A stretch of DNA of 64,000 bases. It comes from Trichosphaerium sp. ATCC 40318 (taxonomy: Eukaryota > Protista > Tubulinea). Position 1 is the stretch's first letter; every line of letters starts with the position of its first letter. The stretch lies in contig JALMLS010000257.1 in NCBI GenBank assembly GCA_038496445.1, forward strand, positions 1-64,000, in the 5' to 3' direction. The notes beneath the pieces were generated by a model that was given only the letters and a program-made list of their open reading frames with translations, was not told the origin of the DNA and ran no database searches. Positions 12,726 through 23,798 of the stretch are shown piece by piece. A program made the translations under genes and the position numbers.

Positions 12726-13487
12726 TTGGAGTTACCTACAGAGATTTTGGCTCATATTTTATGTCACACGAATAAAGCACGATTTAAAGCTTGTCAAACA
12801 TGCCATCTCATTCATGATATCATTGGATACGAAAATGTGATGATATCATCTGTTGAACAAGCAAATGCGCTGTTAAAACACCATAGCACTCTAGAGCACA
12901 CAAAAATCAGATTACACTACAATTGGAGAGGTGATCTAACAAGGTTTGCTGGCGTTCATACCATCAATCTTGATTGTTGTAATAATATTAAAGGCAAAGA
13001 CATAAAACCCCTTGCTGGTGTTCATACTATCAATCTCGATTGTTGTTTTGGTATTAAAGATGAAGATATAAAGTACCTTGCTGGCGTTCATTCCATCAAT
13101 CTCACATGTTGTGGTATTACAGATGAAGGGGTAAAAGCTCTTTCTGGTGTTCATACTATAAACCTCAGTTCATGCCGTGGTATTACAGATGAAGGGATGA
13201 AATACCTTGCTGGCGTTCATACCATTGATGTTTCTCACACTTTGGTTACAGATGAAGGGATAAAAGCTCTTTCTGGTGTTCATACTATAAACCTCAGTTC
13301 ATGTGGTATTACAGATGAAGGGGTAAAAGCTCTTTCTGGTGTTCATACTATAAACCTCAGTTCGTGCCATGATATTACAGATGAAGGGATAAAATCCCTT
13401 GCTGGTGTTCATACCATTGATGTTTCTGGCACTTTGGTTACAATTAAAGAGCTACAAGCTCTCTCTGCACATACAATAGTTTATTAG
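12726..13487 (+). CDS. F-box + LRR protein (true start possibly ATG 12632 via a small intron)
   Basis: LELPTEILAHIL followed by about 8 GVHTINLxxCx(x)ITDEGVKALS repeats. The ORF as called begins at TTG. Confidence 0.8.
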   Translation: MELPTEILAHILCHTNKARFKACQTCHLIHDIIGYENVMISSVEQANALLKHHSTLEHTKIRLHYNWRGDLTRFAGVHTINLDCCNNIKGKDIKPLAGVHTINLDCCFGIKDEDIKYLAGVHSINLTCCGITDEGVKALSGVHTINLSSCRGITDEGMKYLAGVHTIDVSHTLVTDEGIKALSGVHTINLSSCGITDEGVKALSGVHTINLSSCHDITDEGIKSLAGVHTIDVSGTLVTIKELQALSAHTIVY

Positions 13488-14079
13488 AATTTACAAGACA
13501 TTGTCTGTTTATAAAAACTTTTACTATTTGTATAATGTTATATAACGCTCAATATCCTTGCCTAATAAGGTTATACTAGTACCAGATCTAGTGCTGTTAA
13601 TCAATTGACTTTTGACAAAAGCAATGTTACAAACGAGTATTTAGTGTAGAATAAATTCCTTGTGTAAGGAAACTTGTTGGCATACAATCTTGTTTTTTTT
13701 CTTCATTTACATGGTGGATGTTCTTTTTTTTGTACAATGATCTAAGATCAACGGGATCTATGAGAATACAAGATATACAAGTGAACAAATAGATAGACCT
13801 TAATTACATACAAAACATCTTGTTGTATCCTCTGTTACATCATCTACTGTGAAATCTCTTTAACGCTCTGCAATGTTTGTATTTTCTCTTCAACAAAAAA
13901 AACCAATTAGTTGAGCCTACACAGCATGAAGCTGAAATAGAGCCTGTAATACAAGGAGCTTGTAGGAATCCTACTGTAGATGATTTGAAGATGCCTCACA
14001 GAGAGAAAGCACAAACTTTTTGACTTCCGTTGAAACTATTACTGCCACATACACAACATTAAAGGCATAATTTTGCCAA

Positions 14080-14317
14080 ATGGAAGGAGAATTAAAAATC
14101 CCGATTGCCGACTTGTTTCGCTGCCAGTGAAATAGTTCAATTCTTAAACAAAGAAGGCGTATGCTATGTTCAGCTCAAACACTTTCTACGTAATATTGTA
14201 CACAACCACATTGGATACACCGGTAGGACTAAGATCTCGGGTGTTGACCTTGACTATGTTGGCGTCTTGCTTGGTCAGTGTTGTTCACACAATATATTCA
14301 TCTGTGTTCAACTGTAA
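14080..14317 (+). pseudogene. Frameshifted F-box remnant of the F-box/LRR family
   Basis: Nucleotide similarity to the 5' part of the 9120 gene (gttcagctcaaac...actttctac...cac...ggata) with indels; ...FLRNIVHNHIGY is retained but no LRRs follow. Confidence 0.6.
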
Positions 14318-14493
14318 ATTACATTGAAAAATCCGAAAATTCATTGAAATACCATTAATGGACCACAATGGAGTTTTTCACAACATTAATGGCTGTCACA
14401 TTAGTAATCCGCAACACTTGCCACTAACCTTGTAGTGTTGTTCAGCATAAAGAAACGTCCGATAGGTTTTTTTCAATAATTAATTAAACGACG

Positions 14494-15201
14494 ATGGAAC
14501 AACCGCTAAACTTACTTTCTCTGCCTCCGGAGCTTCTATACGACATTGTAGACTTTGATTTCAAATTATACATTAACTGGCCTCTAATATGCTCTCACCT
14601 CGCTTTAACGTCTAGATTTAATACGGAATATGATAAGCACGGTAAGTTTAATCAATATTATCCAGATGGAACTCTTTGCGCTGTCGGAAACTTCGAACAT
14701 GGTAAAAAACACGGAAAGTTTTATTGGATGAACGAAGATGGTAAAGTTCTTTCTGAAACTCTATTTAAGGAAGGTCTACAGCATGGAGAACAAATTCATA
14801 GATACAGCAGTGGGTCTTTGATATGTATTGATAATTTCAGCTTCGGATTACAGGATGGTGAACAGAAAAGTTACTTCCACAATGGGAGATTAAAATCAGT
14901 TTCTCATTACTCGAAAGGAAAAAAAGAAGGTGAGTTTAAGAGGTTCTCTAAGAATAAAGATCATAAGTTAATGGAAGTAATACAATATAAGAATGATAAT
15001 AAGCATGGGGAGTGTTATATTTATCATGAATATAATGATGGTAAGGATACTCAAGTGTGGGAAGATGGGTTTTGTGTTGAAATAAGACATAAGTACCGAG
15101 GTGCATTAAAGATTACACGTTATGATAAGAATATAACTTGGTTTTCACGACACATTAAGGAATGTATGTTAGAAGAGTTATTAAAACAACGAGATCAATA
15201 A
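14494..15201 (+). CDS. Intronless F-box + MORN-variant repeat protein
   Basis: LLSLPPELLYDIV followed by repeats of the G..HG....YY..G type (GKKHGKFYWM, GLQHGEQIHRY, GLQDGEQKSYFHNGRLK, GKKEGEFKRF). Confidence 0.85.
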   Translation: MEQPLNLLSLPPELLYDIVDFDFKLYINWPLICSHLALTSRFNTEYDKHGKFNQYYPDGTLCAVGNFEHGKKHGKFYWMNEDGKVLSETLFKEGLQHGEQIHRYSSGSLICIDNFSFGLQDGEQKSYFHNGRLKSVSHYSKGKKEGEFKRFSKNKDHKLMEVIQYKNDNKHGECYIYHEYNDGKDTQVWEDGFCVEIRHKYRGALKITRYDKNITWFSRHIKECMLEELLKQRDQ

Positions 15202-15680
15202 AAGAGATAGTACAGTTTACATGAAATTGATTTATCACATGTTTAAAGAAATTAACAAGACTCGTTGAGTGAACACTGTAGAGCATAGTTAGCACGTATA
15301 CCGTTTTGTTGGTTTTATTAGTATTACGTGTAAGCAGTCCTCTATAACTACTCAGTTAGTATACAAAAATTCTTACTGCAATCAGCGAAGAACCACCTTC
15401 AAATCATGAATATTTTTTTGGGATGTTTTGTACATTACCTAGCCGAACTTGTTACTTTTTTAGTATGAAACATTCCCACGTAGTAACATAATGATGTGAT
15501 CGTGAATCTCACTAACAGATTAAAACATAGATTGTATTAATAAACCAACAATTAAACAAACAGACACGTGTACCCAGCTCCATAAAGAAAGCACGTTATT
15601 CTCAACAGTTTTTTTTAACATGTGATGTCTTCTCTGAAAATTGAGAGCGGTCTTGTACGTCCAGAGGGGGCACGTTCTCT

Positions 15681-17210
15681 CTAAAACAGAGGGAAATATT
15701 GACGCTCGATATACCTTTTTCCTTTTTTGCCTGTGAGAGGTGATTGATACTTCTCTCTTACACCTTTCTCAACAATAAATCGGACTCCTTTAAGCAATCT
15801 TACACCTCTTTCAGTAACTTGTCCACAATTGCGTACTCCAATTGCATAGACATCAGTCAACACCTTTAGAGCATTATTTGTAATATGGATACATTCACTC
15901 AAGTCAATTGTATGAACACCACCCAATGCCTTCACACCCACATCTGTTATAGCAGTATTTGTAAGATCTATAGTATGAACACCTGTCAACGCCTTTACAC
16001 CATCATCAGTAACAGCAGTTGCTACCAGACATATTGCATGAACACCAGCCAATGCCTTTACACCCTCATCAGTCACGTTTGTGTACCTAAGGTTAATAGT
16101 GTGAACCCCTGACAGTGCTTTAATTCCGACATCTGTAATATTGTTACAACCTTGTAAATCAATTGTATGTACACCAGCTAATACAATCAATTCATCATCA
16201 TTCACTCTTGTGTGAGAGAGAAACACAGTATGAACACCTGCCAGTGCTTTACAACACAGTGGTTTACAATAGCATAGCTTAATTGAGTGAACTCCAGTCA
16301 ACAATTTAACACCTTCATAAGTAACTTTTGTTTCCTTCAAGCTTATTTTATGAACACCACACAAAGCTGGCAAACACCTATCTGATATTGGAGTTTCATC
16401 TAATGTAATTGTATGAACGCCAGAAAGTGCTTGGACACCCTTGTCCGTCACGTATACACATCCAGTTAAATCAATTGTATGAACACCAGACAATGATGCA
16501 ATGCCTTCGTCTGTCACATGTGAAGAATGAAACAATACAAGTTTATGAACACCTGCCAACGCTTTAATGCCAACATCTGTCACATCTGTCATTGAAAGAT
16601 CAATTGTATGGACACCTTTTAAGGCTTTAACTCCATCGTCAGTTACTTTTGTACAGCTAAGGTTAATAGTATGAACTCCTGCTAATGTCTTTATGCCTTC
16701 GTCTGTTACATTCATACATCTTTCTAAGCTTATTGTATGAATACCACACAAATACTTAACTCCAATGTCTGTAATATATGGTGAAGTTATTGAGATACTT
16801 TGGATTTTAGGAAGGTAAGCTAGGTGATCATCTCTTAATCCATAAAAAGCAGAGAGGTCCAGAGTATCAGTAATGTTGAAGCCTTTCCAGTTTAGTATTT
16901 TAATATCATAAGGTTTGAGGTAGTAAACGCCTTGTAGGTATTTTAAGTGACTCTGTTTAAGAGTAAACTGGATGATGACATTATGTGTTTCAATGAGGTG
17001 TTTTGCAGTTTTGAATAGCTTTTTAAGCTCCTTTGGAGTTGAAAGGACGATATCTCTTCTGTTTGAGTATCCCACATGCTCTGTAATGACGCTATTTAGT
17101 ATTTTAGATACACGTGCTATGGAGTGCATAGTTAACGTTGAAATGAACTGTAGGATGTGAACAATAACTTCTACAGGGATTTCATCAAAGAAGGCTGTAT
17201 TTTGGTCCAT
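15681..17210 (-). CDS. Intronless F-box + LRR protein, 509 aa
   Basis: FDEIPVEVIVHILQF followed by roughly 15 GVHTIxL..T/C.VTDEGVKAL repeats. Confidence 0.9.
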   Translation of the reverse strand: MDQNTAFFDEIPVEVIVHILQFISTLTMHSIARVSKILNSVITEHVGYSNRRDIVLSTPKELKKLFKTAKHLIETHNVIIQFTLKQSHLKYLQGVYYLKPYDIKILNWKGFNITDTLDLSAFYGLRDDHLAYLPKIQSISITSPYITDIGVKYLCGIHTISLERCMNVTDEGIKTLAGVHTINLSCTKVTDDGVKALKGVHTIDLSMTDVTDVGIKALAGVHKLVLFHSSHVTDEGIASLSGVHTIDLTGCVYVTDKGVQALSGVHTITLDETPISDRCLPALCGVHKISLKETKVTYEGVKLLTGVHSIKLCYCKPLCCKALAGVHTVFLSHTRVNDDELIVLAGVHTIDLQGCNNITDVGIKALSGVHTINLRYTNVTDEGVKALAGVHAICLVATAVTDDGVKALTGVHTIDLTNTAITDVGVKALGGVHTIDLSECIHITNNALKVLTDVYAIGVRNCGQVTERGVRLLKGVRFIVEKGVREKYQSPLTGKKGKRYIERQYFPLF

Positions 17211-17484
17211 TTCGTTTATATTTCAATTTATTCTTCTTAGGTTTGTGTTACGGAACAGCAACTGTTCTAGAACGATATATTATAGCAAATAAGCCGCATT
17301 TTAAAGGTATGTACTTAACCTCAGGCTTGGGAGGCAGGTTTTTTTTGTTGCTTTAAGACTTGAACACGTGCGTTCTATGGAGTCGATAACATTGGTATAG
17401 CTGTCTTACAAGTACAAAAAACTATGCTGGAAATGTCATTTTGTAGTTCATTATTCCGTATTATTTACCCGAACACTAATAATA

Positions 17485-19587
17485 TTAACAGCACATTACA
17501 TCCATTTCCATAAACTCATCGTCCTATGAAGGATACGATATTCAATGCAGTACTTTGGTTCATTGTAAACTCATATTCCGTCAATAAGTCACGTGACTAT
17601 TGAATTGGAGATATGCTTCGTTCAAAAGGGCAACAGCAGTTCAACTATTGTACAGGACTACCTATTTCAATAAAATTTACACTAACATATTTCACATCTA
17701 GTTAACAGTTTCTGACGTTCATGTACAAAGGCATGCCATGAAATACAGTTCAAGAGATTGGTTAAACTGAGCAGTGTTTATGGACTTATTACACGGTACA
17801 TTACTATCAGCCATAAGCTACGCCACCATAATACATATGATGTATAGTACCCAGTTGACGATAAACACTTATACTTGTTGCCTAGGTACAGAATGCCTTG
17901 TGTTTCGAGGATTGCTACAAAGTAAAAGATGGATGAACAGTCATTCTAGTTGTTTTTTTTTTGGTTCTTCGTACCTGGCTTGACTACAGAACAACCCTTC
18001 GGTGTAGACACCGATATATTTGATGTATCGTCTATTTCGCAGTTCTTTGAAAAGTGAATGAGTGTCAGCGTTTCAGCTGTATCATTGAGTTTAAACGTGA
18101 GGCCATTGAACGATGGACATCCTTTCAGAATAATCTTGGAAAGGTCATCAACAAGAATTATCGAACCAGTGAAAGTCACGTTACCTAGTATGATATTTTA
18201 TTAATAAACTATTATGATGTATTTTAGGGTTACCGTTTGAAGCTAATGTGATTCCACGAAAGTCCAGGGTACCACTGAATACAACTGTAGTTTCATTTTC
18301 AAACATGCAAAATGATTGATTTAAGCAATTCGCTCCTAAGTCAACCAATATTTGCGTTACTGAACTTGATGGTTCCGAAGACTGAACAGTAGGTTCAGCA
18401 CTTGGTGTTGTTGCTCGTGTAGGTTGTCCAGGAATGCATTTTCCGAACTCTGTTGTGTTTATGTTAGTTGATATTTTTGGCTAAAGTTGTTTTTCTGAAG
18501 CTACACCTCCTACTTCGTAGATTTGTTGAATGGTACTCAAATCGAGAGCCTTATTATAATAGGATAACTGATATATTACTGGTTAGATTGTATATGCGCG
18601 TATAAGAAAGAACGTACTTCATCGATGCTAAGTGCTAGCTCTCCTCCAATAGTTAAAGGTGTCTCTGGAGTCGAAGCACAGCAACTTATTGTTTGACTTC
18701 TGCTCGATACATCTGTACCATTGACTGCCAACAGAATATCACCTTGCCTCCTTTTGTTATAAACACGTTAGTGAATCAATTATTGGTTTCAAATAACAGT
18801 CCCCCCTGTTTGCCCACAGGGGGGACATAGTATAGTATAGAGTACCAAGCGATAGAAAGTGCGAAATGATGCCATTCATTTGTCCGTAAAAAAACTGTAT
18901 TTGAGCCTGTTTGTATGCTTGTAGAACGTAATTTTACAGTGAGGTCTATTGATCCAAATTCACTTATAGATAGTTTGTATCCTTGTGTATCGATAAAAGA
19001 AACTAAGTCAAGTCCACCACTTGAAGGTAGTTCTAGTATCATTGCCCAAAACTCCAAAGTGAAGTCACCTGTTCAAAAAAACCGTTAAAATGCGAAAAAA
19101 AAGTGAGCTGTGTTTGACGCACCGAGGTCTTCGCCAACCGTATTCGGCATTGTCATCAAAAGAGAAGCATTCGAGAGGGTAATACCTGTACCTACAACGC
19201 CCTGAAATTGGTCAGAAAGCGAATCTCCAGACAGCAGTCGAAAAGTTACTTCACTCTTCATTTTGTAGTTCACACGTGATGTTGGTTTTTTTTTTTCAAA
19301 CAAATCTGCTTCGAAAGCTACTTGTGATCACGTGGTGGAAAATGAAGAACGTGTTCCTGTAAAAATATGGGAACAAAACGCTGAAAAAAAAATTTGCGGG
19401 CAAACAAACATACCGCTGTGTGTACTGGTAACCCTGTAAAATTAGAAACCGTTTCTGAATTGGAGAATACGTTTACACCAAGATCATTGTTATCAAAAGT
19501 ATACCATTCCTTCAACGACTCATGGGCTATAAGACATTCGCCAGTTGTAGTAGCTATATTACATAATATCAGTAGTACAAGATACAT
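17485..19587 (-). CDS. Multi-exon secreted/membrane protein with LamG (concanavalin-like) domain and probable C-terminal TM helix
   Basis: Signal-like MYLVLLILCNIA; WYTFD, FTLEFW, NEWHHFALS, PLTIGG, IDE|LSYYNKAL are LamG/pentraxin-like motifs; hydrophobic stretch near the 3' end. Confidence 0.65.
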
Positions 19588-20341
19588 TGTAGGTGAGATG
19601 CGTCAAGAGAAAACCGCCGCACAAAATTGCTAAAACTGCTCCAGCTTAAAACAAGTCAAACTATTTCAAGAGCGAAAGGCCAACGCCTGTAGAATGTGTT
19701 AAGTAATACTCTGATGCACTATTGTAAACAACAACTTTAGGAACATGAAAAGATATCTCAAACTTGTTATCAAATCACTAGTGACCCTATGGAGGCTATC
19801 TATCAGAATCGAAAATTGTGAGAATTACCATTAATGCCACATCCGACTTAGACTACAGCGACGGTCTCGTTTCGAACCAGTAGTGTGGCGTGTGTCAAAA
19901 AAACTGTGAGGCAATTGTGTATCACTACATAAGTAAGCTGTGGTCAAAATATGAATCGTACATGTGTTGACTGCATTACAATCTCGTGTGAAATCAAGAA
20001 AATATAAAGGATTTCTTTCCTAATCTAAGGCTCGTACCGTTTTGCAAGTTATATTCTTTGAGTGCGCTATTTGGTGCCTCAAATACCTACAACGATTCAG
20101 GCTACCATCCATTGTATAAAAAATGACAACGATTGAAGGTTCACAAGAAATTGGACTGTCAATAACAAACACATGGTGAGTACATAGGTTGGATGAAAAG
20201 GCCTATTTGTTTATGATATTTTGATAATACTGGAAGGAGTTGATTCAAAGAGAATTTGATTTATGAATTAAGTAAAACTGTAATACTACAATCTAGTTTC
20301 ATACAATCACGGACTGTCCGTCTCTTAGACATATCAGAGCA

Positions 20342-22006
20342 TTAGGCAAACAAATAGCTACTTCCAATATCGTCACCAGAATCCAATAGCACCAGAATTG
20401 GATCAACTATATTTACACCATGTTCACTTAACATCTCCAAATATCCCTCATTACCAATTATCTCAAACACAATATTCTTCACACCAACTAACATATTGAT
20501 ACCCTCCAGTGTTATTTTGTTGCATTCACACAGAGAAATCGTGTGTACTTTAGACAACACCTTGATACCTTCATTGGTTATACTGCACTTATCCAAGTAA
20601 ATAGTATGTGCATCTGACAATGCATTCAAGCATTTATCCGACACGGTTGTCTTCGAAAGATGAATTTCATGTACACCTTTCAATATCTTAACGCCATCAT
20701 CTGTTATTGATGTGCAACCATTCAGATAGATAGTGTGTACACCCTCCAAAGCCTTCAAACCTTCATCTGTTATTTGATCACAACCATTCAAGTTTATAGT
20801 GTGTACGCCCGCCAAAGCCTCCAAACCTTCATCTGTTACTTTTGTTCCTTTCAGCATAATCTCGTGCACTCCAGCCAATGCCTTGATTCCCTCATCAGTT
20901 ATTTTAGAACAGTCCTCTATGTCAATGGTATGTACACCTGCCAATGCTTTGATGCCTTTATTTGTTATTAGCTTGCAACCACACAAATAGATAGTGTGTA
21001 CACCTGCTAAAGCCTTTAAGCCTTCATCTTTTATTGCTAAGTTCCTACTCAAGTCAATAACCTCTACACCAGCCAATGCTTCAAGATGCTCATTGGAAAT
21101 ATTAGAAGACTGTAAAGATATTTTTGGTATTCCAGAAAGTGCCTGCAAGTCTTCAGTTGACAACCTACAATCATCCAAGCAGATTTCTTGTACGCCTGAC
21201 AATGCTTTGAGGCCCTTGTGTGTTATTTCTAAACTCCTCTCCCACTTTTTTTTATAGATGTGAACACCTGCTAAAGCCTTCAAACCTTCATCTGTTACTT
21301 CTGTACCCGATATATCTATTTCATAGACTCCAGCTATTGCCTTTAAACCTTCATCTGTTATTTGAGTACAATCAGTAAGATCAATCGTATGTACACCTGC
21401 CAAAGCTTCCAAACCTTCATCTGTTATTTGATCGCAACCATCCAAGTTTATAGTATGTACACCTGCTAAAGCCTCCAAACCTTCATCTGTTATTTGATCA
21501 CAACCATACAAGTTTATAGTATGTACGCCCGCCAAAGCCTTCAAACCTTCGTCTGTTATTTCTTCACAACCATACAAGTTTATTGTATGTACACCCGCCA
21601 AAGCCTTCAAACCTTCATCTGTTATGTCTGTAAGTGCTAAGTTAATTTTATGCACTCCTGCCAATACTTTCATTCCCTCATCAGTTATTTGTTGACAATT
21701 GATCAAGTCTAAAGACGTAACTCCCGAAAGTAGGTGCAAATGATTGTCTGAGGCGCCTCCATTAATGCAACACAATGAAATACGCGTATTTTTAAGTAAA
21801 GGGCTACCAGAAAGCCGCATTAACTCTTTTTCGCTCAAAACAGTGATTTTATTGTATCCCACATGTTCGTGGATGATATTTCGCAATAAATGGCACGTTT
21901 GGGCTGAACGTAGGGTGAAAGTCCCGCATTTTAAGATATGAACTATTGTTTCTACTGGTAGCGCAGTGAGTCCAGGTAAATAATACTTTGAGCCAGCATC
22001 CTGCAT
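20342..22006 (-). CDS. Intronless F-box + LRR protein (~554 aa from ATG 22006)
   Basis: LTALPVETIVHIL followed by roughly 18 LAGVHTINLxGCxxITDEGLxA repeats, several near-identical at DNA level (~21400-21620). Confidence 0.9.
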   Translation of the reverse strand: MQDAGSKYYLPGLTALPVETIVHILKCGTFTLRSAQTCHLLRNIIHEHVGYNKITVLSEKELMRLSGSPLLKNTRISLCCINGGASDNHLHLLSGVTSLDLINCQQITDEGMKVLAGVHKINLALTDITDEGLKALAGVHTINLYGCEEITDEGLKALAGVHTINLYGCDQITDEGLEALAGVHTINLDGCDQITDEGLEALAGVHTIDLTDCTQITDEGLKAIAGVYEIDISGTEVTDEGLKALAGVHIYKKKWERSLEITHKGLKALSGVQEICLDDCRLSTEDLQALSGIPKISLQSSNISNEHLEALAGVEVIDLSRNLAIKDEGLKALAGVHTIYLCGCKLITNKGIKALAGVHTIDIEDCSKITDEGIKALAGVHEIMLKGTKVTDEGLEALAGVHTINLNGCDQITDEGLKALEGVHTIYLNGCTSITDDGVKILKGVHEIHLSKTTVSDKCLNALSDAHTIYLDKCSITNEGIKVLSKVHTISLCECNKITLEGINMLVGVKNIVFEIIGNEGYLEMLSEHGVNIVDPILVLLDSGDDIGSSYLFA

Positions 22007-23376
22007 GTTTGATGTGAGCAAAATGTTAAAAATGACTTAAGTGCACCAGTTAGGCCTTAAAAAATTGACTTCGGATAAACAATTCTCTTTGAACTTATGA
22101 TTGTTTGTGAAGAACTCAGGCAAACACTTCTCGGCAAAAACTGTCATCAGAAGTGAAAAGAATATCTATATCCATTCGTAAATCCTTCTTGCAGGTTGAT
22201 TTCCTGATTTTGAGACCTTACCTGACTTCATGGTGTTTTGAGTGAACGGTTTCCGTTATCGCCAATGGTTAATGGACAAAGATATTGATAGTAGTCTCCG
22301 TCATCACTACTTCAAATATTGTAGTGCCGCTGTCAAAGTTTAGGTAAGAAGTTTAAGCTGAGTCTGGATATACTCTGTATGACGGAGCAAATACAATGGT
22401 TTCACAAGTGATGAATTGCTTGGTAGCACTTTGTTTTCCGGGCTTTTTGTCCAATTAGAGAGATTCCTAGTGTTAACAAACAACAAAGAAATCTCCACAA
22501 AGCTCGCCACAAGTTTTCTTGAGTAGGTAAAAGCTATCGTCATTGTCTGACTTTTTTAGTTCGGGTTTGTAAAGAAGTTGTGTTAACACATTGCCACACG
22601 CATAGGCATCTCTGTTGGTACTCGTTCAGCGTATTCCTTCGGATAAATGAGTATATCCGCGAGCTTTGAGCTATTTCGACACTTATATTCTATTGCGACT
22701 TTTTGTACGCTGATACGCACGCATTAGCTCTTATCGAGTCTAGCCCTGAGTTTCCGAAGCTATTAAGGTGTGTTACATAATTGCTTCTATTTGTGGCATT
22801 TTCGTACTAAACACCCGCGCATTGCGTTAAACTCAACGCAAACAAGTCTTCGCGCCCTTTTTGAGTTGACCTGATACGTGTTAACAAAACTGTCACTTTT
22901 TTACGTACTACCGCTTCGTTAACGAAGATAAAGCGCGTATCTTCGCCTTAAAACTATGAGTTCCATCAGAGAAAACCATTTACAACTTTGTCTAAATAGT
23001 TTTCGTTAAACAACGGTTCATCGTTAACTTTTTAAGTAAAAGACCACACGAGCTGTTTAGAAGTACAATGGTATTTCTAGACCAAACGTCAAAAAAGGCA
23101 AAACGGCAAGCGTCATAATGCAAAAACAGCAATTTACGATGAACCGTTTTGTTTTCCTTTTTCGGGCCTCACACGGATACATGCTCCGCTTAATAACCAT
23201 ATCATGACGGGTATCAATTTTGCCTTTGGCGTAAATAGAACAAAGACGGAGAAATATGTTTCTTAAAAATCTCAAACATGCCTTTTAATAAATTTGATAA
23301 AAAAAAATAGGAACAAAAAAAATCATTAAGCAATAATCAACAAGCGTTAAACAACAACTCATCAAAACAACACAAA

Positions 23377-23798
23377 ATGAACATATCCGAACTACTCAAC
23401 CCAAGCGCCGTACAACAACAACAACTTGTACAACAGCAACAACAACATAGAGACGTAATATTAAGCCAAAACCGAAAAATGAGCGAAGAGAATGTTCCTT
23501 ACAATCAATGCAGTACGTTAACGTTACACAACGGTTTTTCTTTCTGTTTTTTCAAAAAAAGAAAGTTTTTGTACTAACACCTTGCTCATTAGTATCTCGA
23601 TTCAGTGCTAAGCGTAATAAGAGGACCAATAAAGCCATTGCGAGTAATGAGGAAACTCATATCAAACGACAAGGAGATATAAACGGCCCTTTCCAAATGA
23701 ACTATTATCGTATAACGTTAAACTACAACAATAAGTATAACACAGAATCAACGGACATACAGCTCTTCGAGTTCACACCGATGAACAGGCGTCTTTAA
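23377..23798 (+). CDS. Small Q-rich protein, one intron, N-terminal MNISELLN motif
   Basis: ATG in A-rich context; GT...AG intron ~23513-23592 joins two ORF halves; flanked by a long upstream non-coding region. Confidence 0.55.

Noticed and set aside
20700-21660. Constant/variable 66-69-bp periodicity resembling a repeat-spacer array
   Set aside because: Fully explained as in-frame LRR coding units.
9000-22100. Endogenous giant-virus segment
   Set aside because: No capsid, polymerase or packaging-ATPase genes, and an intron-rich host gene is interleaved (17485-19587).
22030-22560. Possible decayed coding fragment upstream of the F-box gene
   Set aside because: Stops in all frames, no recognisable family and no terminal repeats found.
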